A stretch of 64,000 bases of DNA from Eledone cirrhosa (taxonomy: Eukaryota). A program made the translations under genes and the position numbers. Positions 11,619 to 23,700 of this stretch are shown here, piece by piece (within the stretch, counting starts at the first letter, position 1; every line of letters starts with the position of its first letter). The notes below the pieces were generated by a model, which saw only the letters and a program-made list of their open reading frames with translations, was not told the origin of the DNA and did not search any database. The DNA lies in contig OZ024741.1 of the NCBI GenBank assembly GCA_964016885.1, positions 47,368,001-47,432,000 of the forward strand, given 5' to 3'.

Positions 11619-12960
11619 TGATCAATCCAAAGCATTCGATAGGGTCGACCATCGGTACCTGGCGGCGGTCCCCAAGTCAGCCGGTTTCGGGCCCGTTTTC
11701 AGGGGTTGGATCGCTGCGATGTACAGCGACATCTGCTCAGTTGTGAGGGTGAATGGTTACCTGTCGCAGCCGTTCAGCATCATGCGCTCGGTCCGCCACG
11801 GTTTTCCCCTCTCGTCCCTCTTGTACGTATTGGCTCTCGAGCCGTTACTGCACAAATGGGGGCGATGAGGGGCGTCCCACGTGAACTAGATGCGGGAAAT
11901 TCGAGTCGGCTTACGCCATCTCTGCTGCGACATCTCTGGTGCTTCCTTGACGGTGAACAGGTGTGGTCGCCGTTCGCCAGGCACGTTTTCCCACAGCTCG
12001 TCTCCTTGACGGAGCTGCAGTCTTGGGTCAGGAAAAGACCGAGGGATAGCGCTTGGAAACTGGAATGTCTCCAGGCGCTCACTACCCTCTGTCAGCTGGG
12101 AACCAGTATCGGTGGAACATCCACCTCGGCGTTCTATAGAGAACTAGTGGAGGGGAAGAGCGACGACGTTCTCGGAGAGATCCTGGGCGTCGAAGAAGAT
12201 TGGCTGTTTGCTCTCTTCCGGAGAACTTTCAGCCTAGGGCCTATGGATAACTTCCAAAAATCCCTGGCCTGGCAGTGCTACCGGGGAGCGTTGCCGGTTC
12301 GAGATAAGCTCTACAGGCACGGAAGTGCCGTCAGCCGAGCCTGTCCGAGATGCGCCCAGAGCGACGAAACCGTTGTGCACGCACTCGTTCAGTGCCCGAT
12401 CATTGCTGACTTGTGGAGCTATGTCGAACAGTTGCTGTCGCGTGTAGGACTGATCCGGTTATCGAATGAGTCCATTGTGCAGATGGTCTCGCCGTCTTCC
12501 TTCCAGGAGGAAGAGCAGGCAGTTTTCATCTGCCTGGTCGCCATGGCGAAAGAGATTGTGTGGTGGACAAGTTTGAAAGGGTTAAAGACAGACACTTTTC
12601 TCTTCGGCGAATCCCTAATTAACTTTTTCAAGTTTCACTTCAAGAGGAAAATCACAGTGGAGAGGCAAGTGCTGCCTTCTATCAAGTTTGTTGAAAGGCG
12701 GGTGAATGTAGCGAGAATGGTCCGAGTGAACGGGACCGCTCTGTAGTTTGAAAGATGGAAAATTGAGGGAAGGCGCTTGCCCTGGTGGTCAGGGTGGCTG
12801 TGGTCTTTTGTGTGGTTTTCGCCACGAGTAACCCTTGGAGATTTCCCCCCTATTGGGGAATTTTTCATTGTTTCAATTTTCATTTTTATTGTTTATATAT
12901 ATATATGTTTCTATGTGTATGTATGTTCATTCTTGAACATGGCGGACCTTGTTGTCTCTT
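11619..12960 (+). mobile_element. L1/Tx1-like LINE fragment with internal deletions
   Basis: DQSKAFDRVDH RT motif, LPVRDKL, CPRC-x7-H-x4-C zinc knuckle, T-rich 3' UTR. Confidence 0.85.
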
Positions 12961-12995
12961 GAGGTCACTGAACATAAAGCAAGATAAATGCAGCT

Positions 12996-12996
<1 letters not shown>

Positions 12997-13040
<44 letters not shown>
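12997..13040. repeat. (AAT)n microsatellite between the two inverted L1/Tx1 copies
   Basis: Seen directly. Confidence 0.95.
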
Positions 13041-13041
<1 letters not shown>

Positions 13042-13109
13042 TATTGATTTCTTTATTGGCCACAAGGGCTGACATCAAGAAAAACATTACAGACGGCACA
13101 GGACGGTAC

Positions 13110-15035
13110 GATGTGGGTTTTGTGCGTGTAAAGATTTTTTTTTATTTATATAAGAAAAGAAAAAAAGACATAGAAACATATATATATATAAACAATAAAA
13201 ATGAAAATTGAAACAATGAAAAATTCCCCAATAGGGGGAAAACCTCCGAGGGTTACTCGTGGCGAAAACCACACAAAAGACCACGGCCACCCTGACTACC
13301 AGGGCAAGCGCCCTCTCTCAATTTTTCCATTTCTCAAACTACAGGCGTATATTCAGAGCGGTCCCGTTCACTCAGACCATTCTCGCTACATTCACCCACC
13401 TTTCAACAAACTTGCTAGAAGGCAGCACTTGCCTCTCCACTGTGATTTTCCTCTTGAAGTGAAACTTGAAAAAGTTAATTAGGGATTCGCCGAAGAGGAA
13501 AGTGTCTGTCTTTAACCCTTTCAACCTTGTCCACGACACAATCTCTTTCGCCATGGTCACCAGGCAGATGAAAACCGCCTGCCCTTCCTCCTGGAAGGAA
13601 GACGGCACTTCCGTGCCTGTAGAGCTTATCTCGAACCGGCAACGCTCCCCGGTAGCACTGCCAGGCCAGGGATTTTTGGAAGTTATCCATAGGCCCATTT
13701 TGGTGAGAGTTGGGCCGCGGCAAGGGACGACGGTGAGGTGGTAGCAGATGACGGATGCGATGTACGCATTCGCCACCTCCGCCGGGCCTTTCAGGGACAG
13801 CTTCTTCTCGGCCAATTTCTGGGTGAGGGAGGCCACCTTGCCCGTCACCTCGCTCCAGTTTTTCTCTATTTGGAGGTCCGGTCCGAACCAGACACCGAGC
13901 AATTTAACCGGTCCGTCCGTCCAACGCCCCACGACGCTGTCGGACGGCATGGACTTGCCTCTCCAGGTGCAAGCCCACCGACTTTTCCTGGTTTATCTTT
14001 GCTCCTGTCACCGCTTCGTATGTCGTCGGCGTAAGCCGACTCGTATTTCCCGCATCCTAGTTCGCGTGGGACGCCCCTCATCGCCCCCAGTTTGTGCAGT
14101 AACGGCTCGAGAGCCAATACGTACAAGAGGGGCGAGAGGGGACAATCGTGGCGGACCGAGCGCATGATGCTGAACGGCTGCGACAGGTAACCATTTACTC
14201 TCACAACTGAGCAGATGACGCTGTACATCGCAGCGATCCAACCCCTGAAAACGGGCCCGAAACCGGCTGCCTCGAGGACCGCCGCCAGGTACCGATGGTC
14301 GACCCTATCGAATGCTTTGGATTGATGCAAGTTGATCAGCGCTCCACCCGTGCCAGGTTCCTTAACCACCCTCTCTGTGATGCATCGCATGAGGTGGAGG
14401 TTGTCGTTTATGGATCTGTCTGGAATGGCGCATGTCTGCGCCTCTCCCACCAGACACTTGACGACAAGCGCCAACCTCGTTGCTAAGACCTTGGCCAAAA
14501 TCTTGAACTCTGCGTTTAACAGGGTTATGGGCCTGAAATTATCAATAACATCCTCCTTTTTCGGATCTTTTCTCAGCAGCGCCACCGCTCCCCAGCTCAC
14601 AAAACTGGGAATGCTCCCGTTCTGCTGCCAGTTGCAGTAGACGTCTGCCAAGAGGTCACCGAACAAGTCTGGCATAAATGCATAAAGTTCGTAGGGCGGA
14701 CCATCCAAACCTGGCGATTTACCCCTCGTGCAGTTAGCCATCGCTTCCCGTATTTCACCGGCTGTTATTGGCTTTTCGCAACACTGTGCTGCGGTCGTCG
14801 AGAGCCGAGGCAGTCCGTCGAGGTATGCACTGAAGTCCATGCCCCGATCCGGGCCACCGCTGCTCCCGAACAGTTCAGCAAAGTGCTGCTGAAAAGTTTC
14901 ACACTTCTGCTCGGGTTCGAGCAACACGCACCCGTTTTGGTCAGACAAAGACCGAATTGTGGCTTTGTTGCCACGTCGCGCCTCTGCCACCCGGGCCCAT
15001 TGGACGGCTTTTGTCCCCTCGTGTTTCACACACAT
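13110..15035 (-). mobile_element. L1/Tx1-like LINE, same family as 11619-12960, inverted and internally deleted
   Basis: KSPGLDG, NFRPITLLNAEFKILAKVL, QSKAFDRVDH, PLSPLLYVLALEPL, SAYADD, KLLGVWFG. Confidence 0.9.
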
Positions 15036-16791
15036 GCATCTTTAGGTGTTTAGACTTGTGATGTACTTATATTGACAGAATCTTCCTTAGTATATGGGCA
15101 GTTCCCATTAGTACTATCTTTTGTATTTCTCCTATACGCGGGTTTCCTGGGATTTGCGATAAGTAATCATTAGACCCCTTAGGTATCATTCCCAGAGCGC
15201 CTACAACCACTGGTATTGTTTTAGTTCTCAATTTCCACATTTTTCCAATTTCTATCTCCAGGTCCTTATACTTGCTCAATTTTTCAAATGTTTTTATAGA
15301 TACATTCTTGTCTATTGGAACGGACATATCAATTAGCAGGCATACCCTCTTTTTAAAGTCCTTCAGTATTCTATGAGGTCTATTTGCATCTATTTTTCGG
15401 TCTGTTTGGATGCTAAAGTTCCACAAGATTGAGATGTGATCTTTTTCAAGTATGGGAGGTGGTTGATGCTCCCACCAATTCTTTTGATAGGACAGGTCAA
15501 AATGCTTACACATTACCCAATGTATGTATTGTGCAGCTCTGTCATGCCTGTTTAGGTATTCGGTTGGAGCTATAGGACTGCACATTGAAATTATATGATC
15601 AATGGTATCTGGTTGTTTTTTACATACACGGCATAATGGGCTGCATCCATTTTTTATTATGTTGGCTTGGTAATTTTTTGTTGGCAGACACTGATCTTGT
15701 GCTGATATAATCAGTCCTTCAGTCTCCGATTTCAGTCCAGAGGATGCCAACCACTGATGGGTTAAAGTTTTGTCAACATCAGGATTGTTAGCTCTTTCTG
15801 GGTATTTTCCATACAGAGGCTTTTCTTGCCATTTCTTAGCCAGTTTCTGTAGCAGTTCTTTCTTTGCAGTTACTTTTACCTGCTTTGCTTTTTCTATGTT
15901 TTCCATTTCAGCAGTAAATGGGACTTCTAAAATTTGTAGTCCATTACTGTATCTTTGTGCATCTTTTGTAATGGAGTATGATCTTTTGATGCTTTCGTGT
16001 TTCAAAACGAGTTTGATCATCCAATCATGTGATTCCCTTAGATATGTAGATAATCCAATTGTTGCAGTTTTCAACGCAATATCTAACTGGATTAACCCAC
16101 GTCCTCCTTCTTTCCGAGGGAGATATATTCTATCTGTATCTGCCTTAGGGTGATGCATTCTGTGCATGGTTAAGAATTTTTTAATTTTTGTATCGAGCCT
16201 ACGGATCTCTGTGCTTGACCAGTTGATGATATTGTAACTGTAGGTTACTACTGGAATGGCAAGCGTGTTTATGGCATCGATCCTATTCCTTGCATTCAAT
16301 TCCGTTCTTAAGACTGCTCTACTCTGCAGTAACATGCATTTGTAGCGGTTGTCTCCCTTGTTTTGATTGGGATCTAGACGGGAAGTGGAACCCTTTCTGC
16401 AACTTCCGGTCAGAGCCCTATAAAACTAACAACTTTAAGCTTCCTTTCTCTCTTTGCCTTTTCGGCACCAGGTCGAAGAGCCTCTCATTTGGCTCTGCCA
16501 TTAATTTGGCCAACAGGCGCCTGGCCTTAGCCAGGCGCCCTCTGCCAGCCGCGTTTGCCTGGCAATCAAAACGGTAACTACTAACTTTGTTTCATTCTAA
16601 CATCTATCTTTGACATGTCAAGTATTCTATCTACCGTTAATTAAATATTATATACACAAACATTGTCTCGTTTTGTTACATTCATACAACCCAGTATCCT
16701 CGCTATATTGGTGACCCCGACGTGATATTATTTTTTTTTTTTCAATGGGAAATGGTTATACGGTGTATCTGATATGATATAAGACACAAAC

Positions 16792-16822
<31 letters not shown>

Positions 16823-18800
16823 TATAACACCTACAATTATTGACACGCAGACAAACCACAATTCTATAAATGTTTTCACCATTCTCTTTTCTCTCCTTTT
16901 TCTGCCTTTCGCTTCTCTCGCAAAAAAAAATAATTTTTATGAGGATGACAAGATGGAGTCTCTCTTCTCTTTAAATAGTGTTTTGGCGCGAAATAGTCCG
17001 CCATGTTGGATTTTTTTTTGTTGAGTTTTTAGGCCCCCCCCCCCCCCCCCCAAAAAAAAAGAAAAAAATAGCACATCTGGTTTTGTGAGTAACATTACGA
17101 ATACACAGCAAATTTAGCGACGAACTATGAAAATACTCAAGGACACGCACACACGCACATGTGGAATTCGCACAGACATACTTTTTCTCTCACGCATCAA
17201 TTAACTGTCGCATTTCACCAATATATATATATATGTTTCTCGTTTCTTACAACGAACACTTTCAAAACAAAAAAAACATTTCACGATATATATATATGTT
17301 TCTCGTTTCTTACAACGAACTCTTTCAAAACACACAAAAAAAAAAAGAAATTTGATATTCTTGAAAAAACATTTCAACAGGAACATTTATTTTCGATGAA
17401 CCATTGCCTTTTGTTCTTCGTTTTCTTCATCGTTCAAGTTTTTTGTTTTTTTCCAAAGTTCACACCTATAATTATGCTGATTGAAGCCTTTCTTTTTCAT
17501 CATTGTCACTTTCAAAATTGCACTATCATTTTCTCGCGCGTTAGAAATATTTTTTTTTCAACCTTGTATTGGCACGTGTAGGCAGCATAAATTCTCGATT
17601 CACTGAGATGTCTCTACTCACAGACAGCCGCACGCCATTTATCACCAGGGATTCTTCAGCCTTAAGCTATATTCTTCTATTTGCCGGTTTATAAATTTAC
17701 AATGTAAATTTACCGTTGATAACCGCGCATTTATTAAGAATGCTTATTTCTCTGGTCGCTGGCCTCTTGACCCTTCCAGGTCAACGCATTCTCAACATCG
17801 ACCATCAACTTCGGCTGCTATTTCTAGCACTTTGCGCAACTCATTTTTTTCTAAAAAAAAATTTTTTTACTGTGAATTTAAACACCGAATACGCTCACTC
17901 AGCGAGACAACAGCAGCAGCAACAGCAATATAACAGCAACAGCAATACATCAATACAGCTTCACCAAAGCCAGAGAATTCATTTTTGCAGCACTCTTCCT
18001 GTGAGAAAATCCATTCGGAGGTTGGAAATTTCACGATATACCACAGAACAGAAACCACCTGCATTCATTCTCTGGAACACACTTTCTTTCCTGCTGTCAT
18101 GTGATTGCACACCTGTGAACTATATTTTGAACTTTGAGCTCTTCTATTACTTTTACTTTATTACATTGTATCTTTGGGTGATGGATAGATGGATGTCCAG
18201 TCGTTCTCTGGCCAAGAGCGGTTGGCTACCTTGATATCTATCATTGATTTTTCCAGACATTCTTTTGTCGTAATTTTCATGCCTGTTACAACATTCTCGC
18301 CAACTTGCTACATATTTTCATTTCGATTTTTATACACTAAAATTCTGGCGGGAGGTTATGTAGCGGTTGTCTCCCTTGTTTTGATTGGGATCTAGACGGG
18401 AAGTGGAACCCTTTCTGCAACTTCCGGTCAGAGCCCTATAAAACTAACAACTTTAAGCTTCCTTTCTCTCTTTGCCTTTTCGGCACCAGGTCGAAGAGCC
18501 TCTCATTTGGCTCTGCCATTAATTTGGCCAACAGGCGCCTGGCCTTAGCCAGGCGCCCTCTGCCAGCCGCGTTTGCCTGGCAATCAAAACGGTAACTACT
18601 AACTTTGTTTCATTCTAACATCTATCTTTGACATGTCAAGTATTCTATCTACCGTTAATTAAATATTATATACACAAACATTGTCTCGTTTTGTTACATT
18701 CATACAACCCAGTATCCTCGCTATACATTCCTTATCCTTTCCCTCATTGTCGAGTGCTTGATTCCGTCTCCTTCACAAACACCTAGATATTTGTAAGTTT
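15036..18800 (-). mobile_element. R4/Dong-like restriction-like-endonuclease LINE, 5'-truncated, interrupted by an LTR element at 16341-18725
   Basis: 18726-18797 encodes TYKYLGV. 15067-16335 has GGRGL, ETEG..AQDQ, CRVC-x8-H-x4-C, RHD and an RLE region (NRPH for NRPD, LIDMSVP, KLSKY, VGALG). Confidence 0.88.
16341..18725 (+). mobile_element. Non-autonomous LTR retrotransposon (TRIM/SMART-like), intact single copy
   Basis: 367-bp LTRs 16341-16707 and 18359-18725, identical by eye; perfect Trp PBS TGGTGACCCCGACGTGAT 16709-16726; PPT-like GGCGGGAGG at 18347-18355; TSD CATT; no gag/pol. Confidence 0.95.
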
Positions 18801-18900
<100 letters not shown>

Positions 18901-19225
18901 TAAATAAATACATTATCGGAGGAAGCTTTTAGCGATACTCCGGCCAAATCCCAACTCACTCAACAAACATTAGGAAATAAGTGAGTATATTCCTAATTAA
19001 ACATTCGGGGTGCTAACTAATTGTATTGTATGTAAACACACACACACACACGTTTTCATAATTTATTAAAGTCGAATGAACTAAATTAAAAGGAAATGTA
19101 TATGCGTATTTACGCGTATGCACAGATACACACATGTGTATGTACACATACATACATACAGTTCTGTGAGAGGAATTTGCTAGACGGAAATTTTGCGAAA
19201 GTATGTATGTATGTATGTATGTATG

Positions 19226-19780
19226 TTATCTCTTTCTCTTAATTTCGAGTATATTTTTTTTGACCGGCCACCTTCCTGGTGGCAAGGTTGTAAAAGAAAA
19301 GAAATTGTCATCCCTTGAATCGCAAGAATGTTTTGCAAATTTTGAAGATGCCAGCTATCGCAGCCATTTGTAGACTATGAATTAGGGGCTGCGCTTTTTG
19401 TCCGCAAATCCAAGTTCAGTCATACTTTGGTCATAGCGGGTTGGTATATAACCCGTAGCTCCAATAATGATAGGTATGAAGCTAAAGGTGTATCTTGGAT
19501 ACTGGATTTGTAAACTCCTCATCAATGGTCCGTAGATGTCCTCCTTCTCCTGTATTTTTCTGACAACGTTTACATCAAGTGGGCAGCTGATCTCCACAAC
19601 AGAACACGTTTCAATGTGTGGTCCCAATGTATGTATGTATGTATGTATGTTTTCTCTTTCTCTTAATTTCGAGTATATTTTTTTTGACCGGCCACCTTCC
19701 TGGTGGCAAGGTTGTAAAAGAAAAGAAATTGTCATCCCTTGAATCGCAAGAATGTTTTGCAAATTTTGAAGGTGCCAGCT
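19226..19780 (-). mobile_element. Two tandem 3'-end fragments of another R4-like RLE LINE in (TATG)n
   Basis: VVEISCPLD...KEDIY...IPIIIGATG RLE tail in 19382-19627; ~125-bp 3' end repeated at about 19229-19358 and 19652-19782, each abutting (TATG)n. Confidence 0.75.
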
Positions 19781-19959
19781 ATGTATGTATGTATGTATGT
19801 ATGTATGTATGTATGTATGTATGTATGTATGTATGTATGTATGTATGTATGTATGTATGTACGAAGGTCAGCTGAACAGTTCATAGGATGATCAATATAC
19901 TCGCATATAATGACTGGTTATAGGCTAAAAAGCCATGTCTATGATGCTCATGCTTAAGT

Positions 19960-20750
19960 ATCAAGCGATGGCATTACCCGAAATCGAGTTACAGCCATCA
20001 TCATCGTGTATGTATGTATGTATGGGTATTCCAGTAACTATTTGCCATATACTTTGCGATGGTTTTCTATATTGCATTTAGGAATTGCAACCAAGATGTT
20101 TACATCTACTATCGAACCTCTGGCAGCATGTTTAACATCAGGCGCTGCAAAAACAGAAGTATTTATTTCTGAAACCTTTTGTATGCAGATGATTGCGATC
20201 TTGTAGCGCACAGAGAGATTGATATGCAACACATTTTGAATGCATTTTCTGATGCTTGCAATGCCCTCGGATTGTCTGTCAGTCTCAAGAAAACCGTTGT
20301 CATGTACCAACCTGCCTCTGGTAAGCAGTACAATGAACCAGATATCTATATGTATGGTAAAAGACTTGGAATGGTTGATCAGTTTGTCTACCTGGGAAGC
20401 ACTGTCGATACAGCAATCTTGATAATGAAATTCCAGAGTGTGTGCAAGACTCTGCCTCAGCAAAGCTGGACTCTAAAGCGGAACCAGTGGTTGACTATCA
20501 TGCTGCTGTCGGAGATGCTACTCACCATACCTGTCAAGCATGTGGAAAAGAGTGCAGATTAGCAGGAGAGCTCAAACGACATGCAAAAGTAAGACCAGCC
20601 ACAGCCGGCTATTGCCAGTGAATGTTTTTATCATGGTTGCAAACTCCGTGCAAGACATTTTAGATCATTGGCTGGGCTAAAAAGCCACATTCGATCGCTG
20701 CACCGTTAATTTTTTTTTATCGTGCAATGGCCATACTCGATAACGAGAGG
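19960..20750 (+). mobile_element. RTE-like LINE remnant with C-terminal C2H2 fingers and 3' tail
   Basis: YADDCDL, GLSVSLKKTVVM, FVYLGS, CQACGK..LKRH, LKSH; tail TGGCCATACTCGATAACGAG. Confidence 0.7.
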
Positions 20751-23700
20751 GTCACCCTGTTGGACCCCTGTGGCAGATAGAAGGAGATGGTCACCGAAGT
20801 TGAGGTAGGAGGGCTCCTGATAGGCTTGCCAAGCAAAATGGTAAAGTTGCGGGCTCCCTCCTTTACTGAACGGAGGATGACATCCCAACTGATGAAATTA
20901 AAAGCATTCCTGAAATCCAACTTGAGAATGACCTTAGGGATTTCGGAAGGCAAGTTGGTAAATGCTCTGGTGGCGTGGGTGGCAGCCTCAAAACCCAGCT
21001 TTGTACCCACCTCTAGCTGAATAGGGGAGAATTTGGTGGACAGGCTGTTTGAAATCGAAGGCAGACATACTTTTGCGGTGAGCCGTCGCAGAGTGCACCC
21101 AACTGCTACGGGAAGGAGGTCACCGCTGGGCTTTATGAGACCAAACAGTTTAGCTCCAAAGAACAGGGGGCGTATATGAGAGAGGACATTCTCGGACGAT
21201 AACAGTTTGGTGAAATGGGTGAGGTTCTCTAAGAGCTCAAGGCCGGCATCTCCGGCCGATAAGATGACACCATTCTTGAGGTGCTGAGGTCGAAGACCAT
21301 CGATACCAGCACCAGAACCCGCCGGAAAGGATGTTATCGTCTTCCTGACGATAGCTGGAGTGAAACCAGGTTGCAAATAACCTGGTGGATCGGGCCAGTG
21401 TAAGAGGTTGTAGCAGTTGCCTCCCTTGTTGTGACTCACAACCCCAATAGATTAACAACATCTAGACGGGAAGTAGAACCCTTTCTGTAACTTCCGGTCA
21501 GAACCCTATAAAACTAACAACTTTAAGTTCTCACTCTCTCATTTGCCCTTCCGGCGCCTGGCCTTCGCCAGGCGTCTTCTGCCAGCCACGTTTGCCTGGC
21601 AATCAAAACGGTAACTACTAACTTTGCTTCATTCTTTCGTTTATTCATTGACATGTCAACTATACTGTTAAATTGTTGATTAAATATTATACACACAAAC
21701 CATGTCTCCTTGTTACATTCATACACGCTAGTATCCTCACCAAAATTGGTAACCCTGACATGATACGAACACGCAGCCGTTCATTGTTATAAGTGGTCCC
21801 CCCCCCCCCCCCCAAAAAAAAAATACCAGAATCTGGTGTTGTGTGAGTAACATTACGAATACACAGCAAATTTATTGACAAACTATGAAAATACTCAGTC
21901 AACGAAACGAACACACCACGCACATGTGAAATTCGCGTTCAGACAGACTTTTTCTCTCACGCATCAACTAACTGTCGCATTTCACGATATATATATATAT
22001 ATATGTTTCTCGTTTCTTACAACGAACACTTTCAAAACAAAAAAAAAAAAAAAAAAAAAAAATTTGATATTTTTTTTAAAAAACATTTCAACAGGAACAT
22101 TTATTTTCGATGAACCATTGCCTTTTTTTTTTCATCGTTTTCTTCATCGTTCAAGTTTTTTTTTTCCAAAGTTCACACCAATAATTATGCTAAGTGAAGC
22201 CTTTCTTTTTCATCATTGTCACTTTCACACTTGCACTATCATTTTCTCGCGCGTTAGAAATATTATTTTTTCAACTTAACTTAACCTTGTATTGGCACGT
22301 GTAGGCAGCACAAATTCTCAACTCACGGAGATATCTCGACTCACGGAGATAGCCGCACGCCAGAGATAACGTTTCTCGCCAAGGATTCTTCAGCCTTAAG
22401 CTATATTCTCCTATTTGCCGGTTTAAAAGTTTACCACGTAAATTTGCCGTTGAAGACTGCGCATTTATTCAGAATGCTTATTTCTTTGGTCGCTGGCCTC
22501 TTGACCCTTCCAGGTCAACGCATTCTCAACATCGACCATCAACTTCGGCTGTCATTTCTAGCACTTTGCGCAACTCATTTTTTCCGAAAAAAAATTTTTT
22601 TTACTGTGAATTTAAACACCGAATACGCTCACTCCGCGAGACAACAACATCAACAGCAACACAGCTTCACCAACAACCAAAACCAGCAGAACAAGCCAGA
22701 GAATTTATTTTTGCAGCACTCTTCCTGTGAGAAAATCCATTCGGAGGTTGGAACTTTCACGATATACCACAGAACAGAAACCACCTGCATTCATTCTCTG
22801 GAACACACTTTCTTTCCTGCTGTCATGTGATTGCACACCTGTGAACTATATTTTGTACATTTGAACTTTGAGCTCATCTCTTACTTTATTACATTGTATC
22901 TTTGGGTGATGGATAGATAGATGTCCAGTCGTTCTCTGGCCAAGAGCGGTTGGCTACCTTGATATCTATCATTGATTTTTGCAAACATTCTTTTGTCGTA
23001 ATTTTCATGCCTGTTACAACATTCTCGCCAACTTGCTACATATTTCATTCGATTTTTATATTCTAAAATTCTGGCGGGGGGTTATGTAGCAGTTGCCTCC
23101 CTTGTTGTGACTCACAACCCCAATAGATTAACAACATCTAGACGGGAAGTAGAACCCTTTCTGTAACTTCCGGTCAGAACCCTATAAAACTAACAACTTT
23201 AAGTTCTCACTCTCTCATTTGCCCTTCCGGCGCCTGGCCTTCGCCAGGCGTCTTCTGCCAGCCACGTTTGCCTGGCAATCAAAACGGTAACTACTAACTT
23301 TGCTTCATTCTTTCGTTTATTCATTGACATGTCAACTATACTGTTAAATTGTTGATTAAATATTATACACACAAACCATGTCTCCTTGTTACATTCATAC
23401 ACGCTAGTATCCTCACCAAAATTGGTAACCCTGACATGATACGAACACGCAGCCGTTCATTGTTATAAGTGGTCCCCCCCCCCCAAAAAAAAAAATACCA
23501 GAATCTGGTGTTGTGTGAGTAACATTACGAATACACAGCAAATTTATTGACAAACTATGAAAATACTCAGTCAACGAAACGAACACACCACGCACATGTG
23601 AAATTCGCGTTCAGACAGACTTTTTCTCTCACGCATCAACTAACTGTCGCATTTCACGATATATATATATATATGTTTCTCGTTTCTTACAACGAACACT

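Noticed and set aside
16709-16726. tRNA-Trp gene fragments (also 49186-49203)
   Set aside because: Only 18 nt complementary to the mature tRNA 3' end including CCA, next to LTRs; these are primer-binding sites.
22364-22397. Minus-strand CTGAAGA...GAAACGTTA hammerhead-like motif in array units
   Set aside because: Stems I and II are only 2-3 bp and the GAAA is absent in the sister element near 17640.
22444-22830. 128-aa ORF repeated in every array unit, with a relative at 17716-18234
   Set aside because: TTG start, no domain, and frame not conserved with the sister element in the second half; recurrence simply reflects the repeat.
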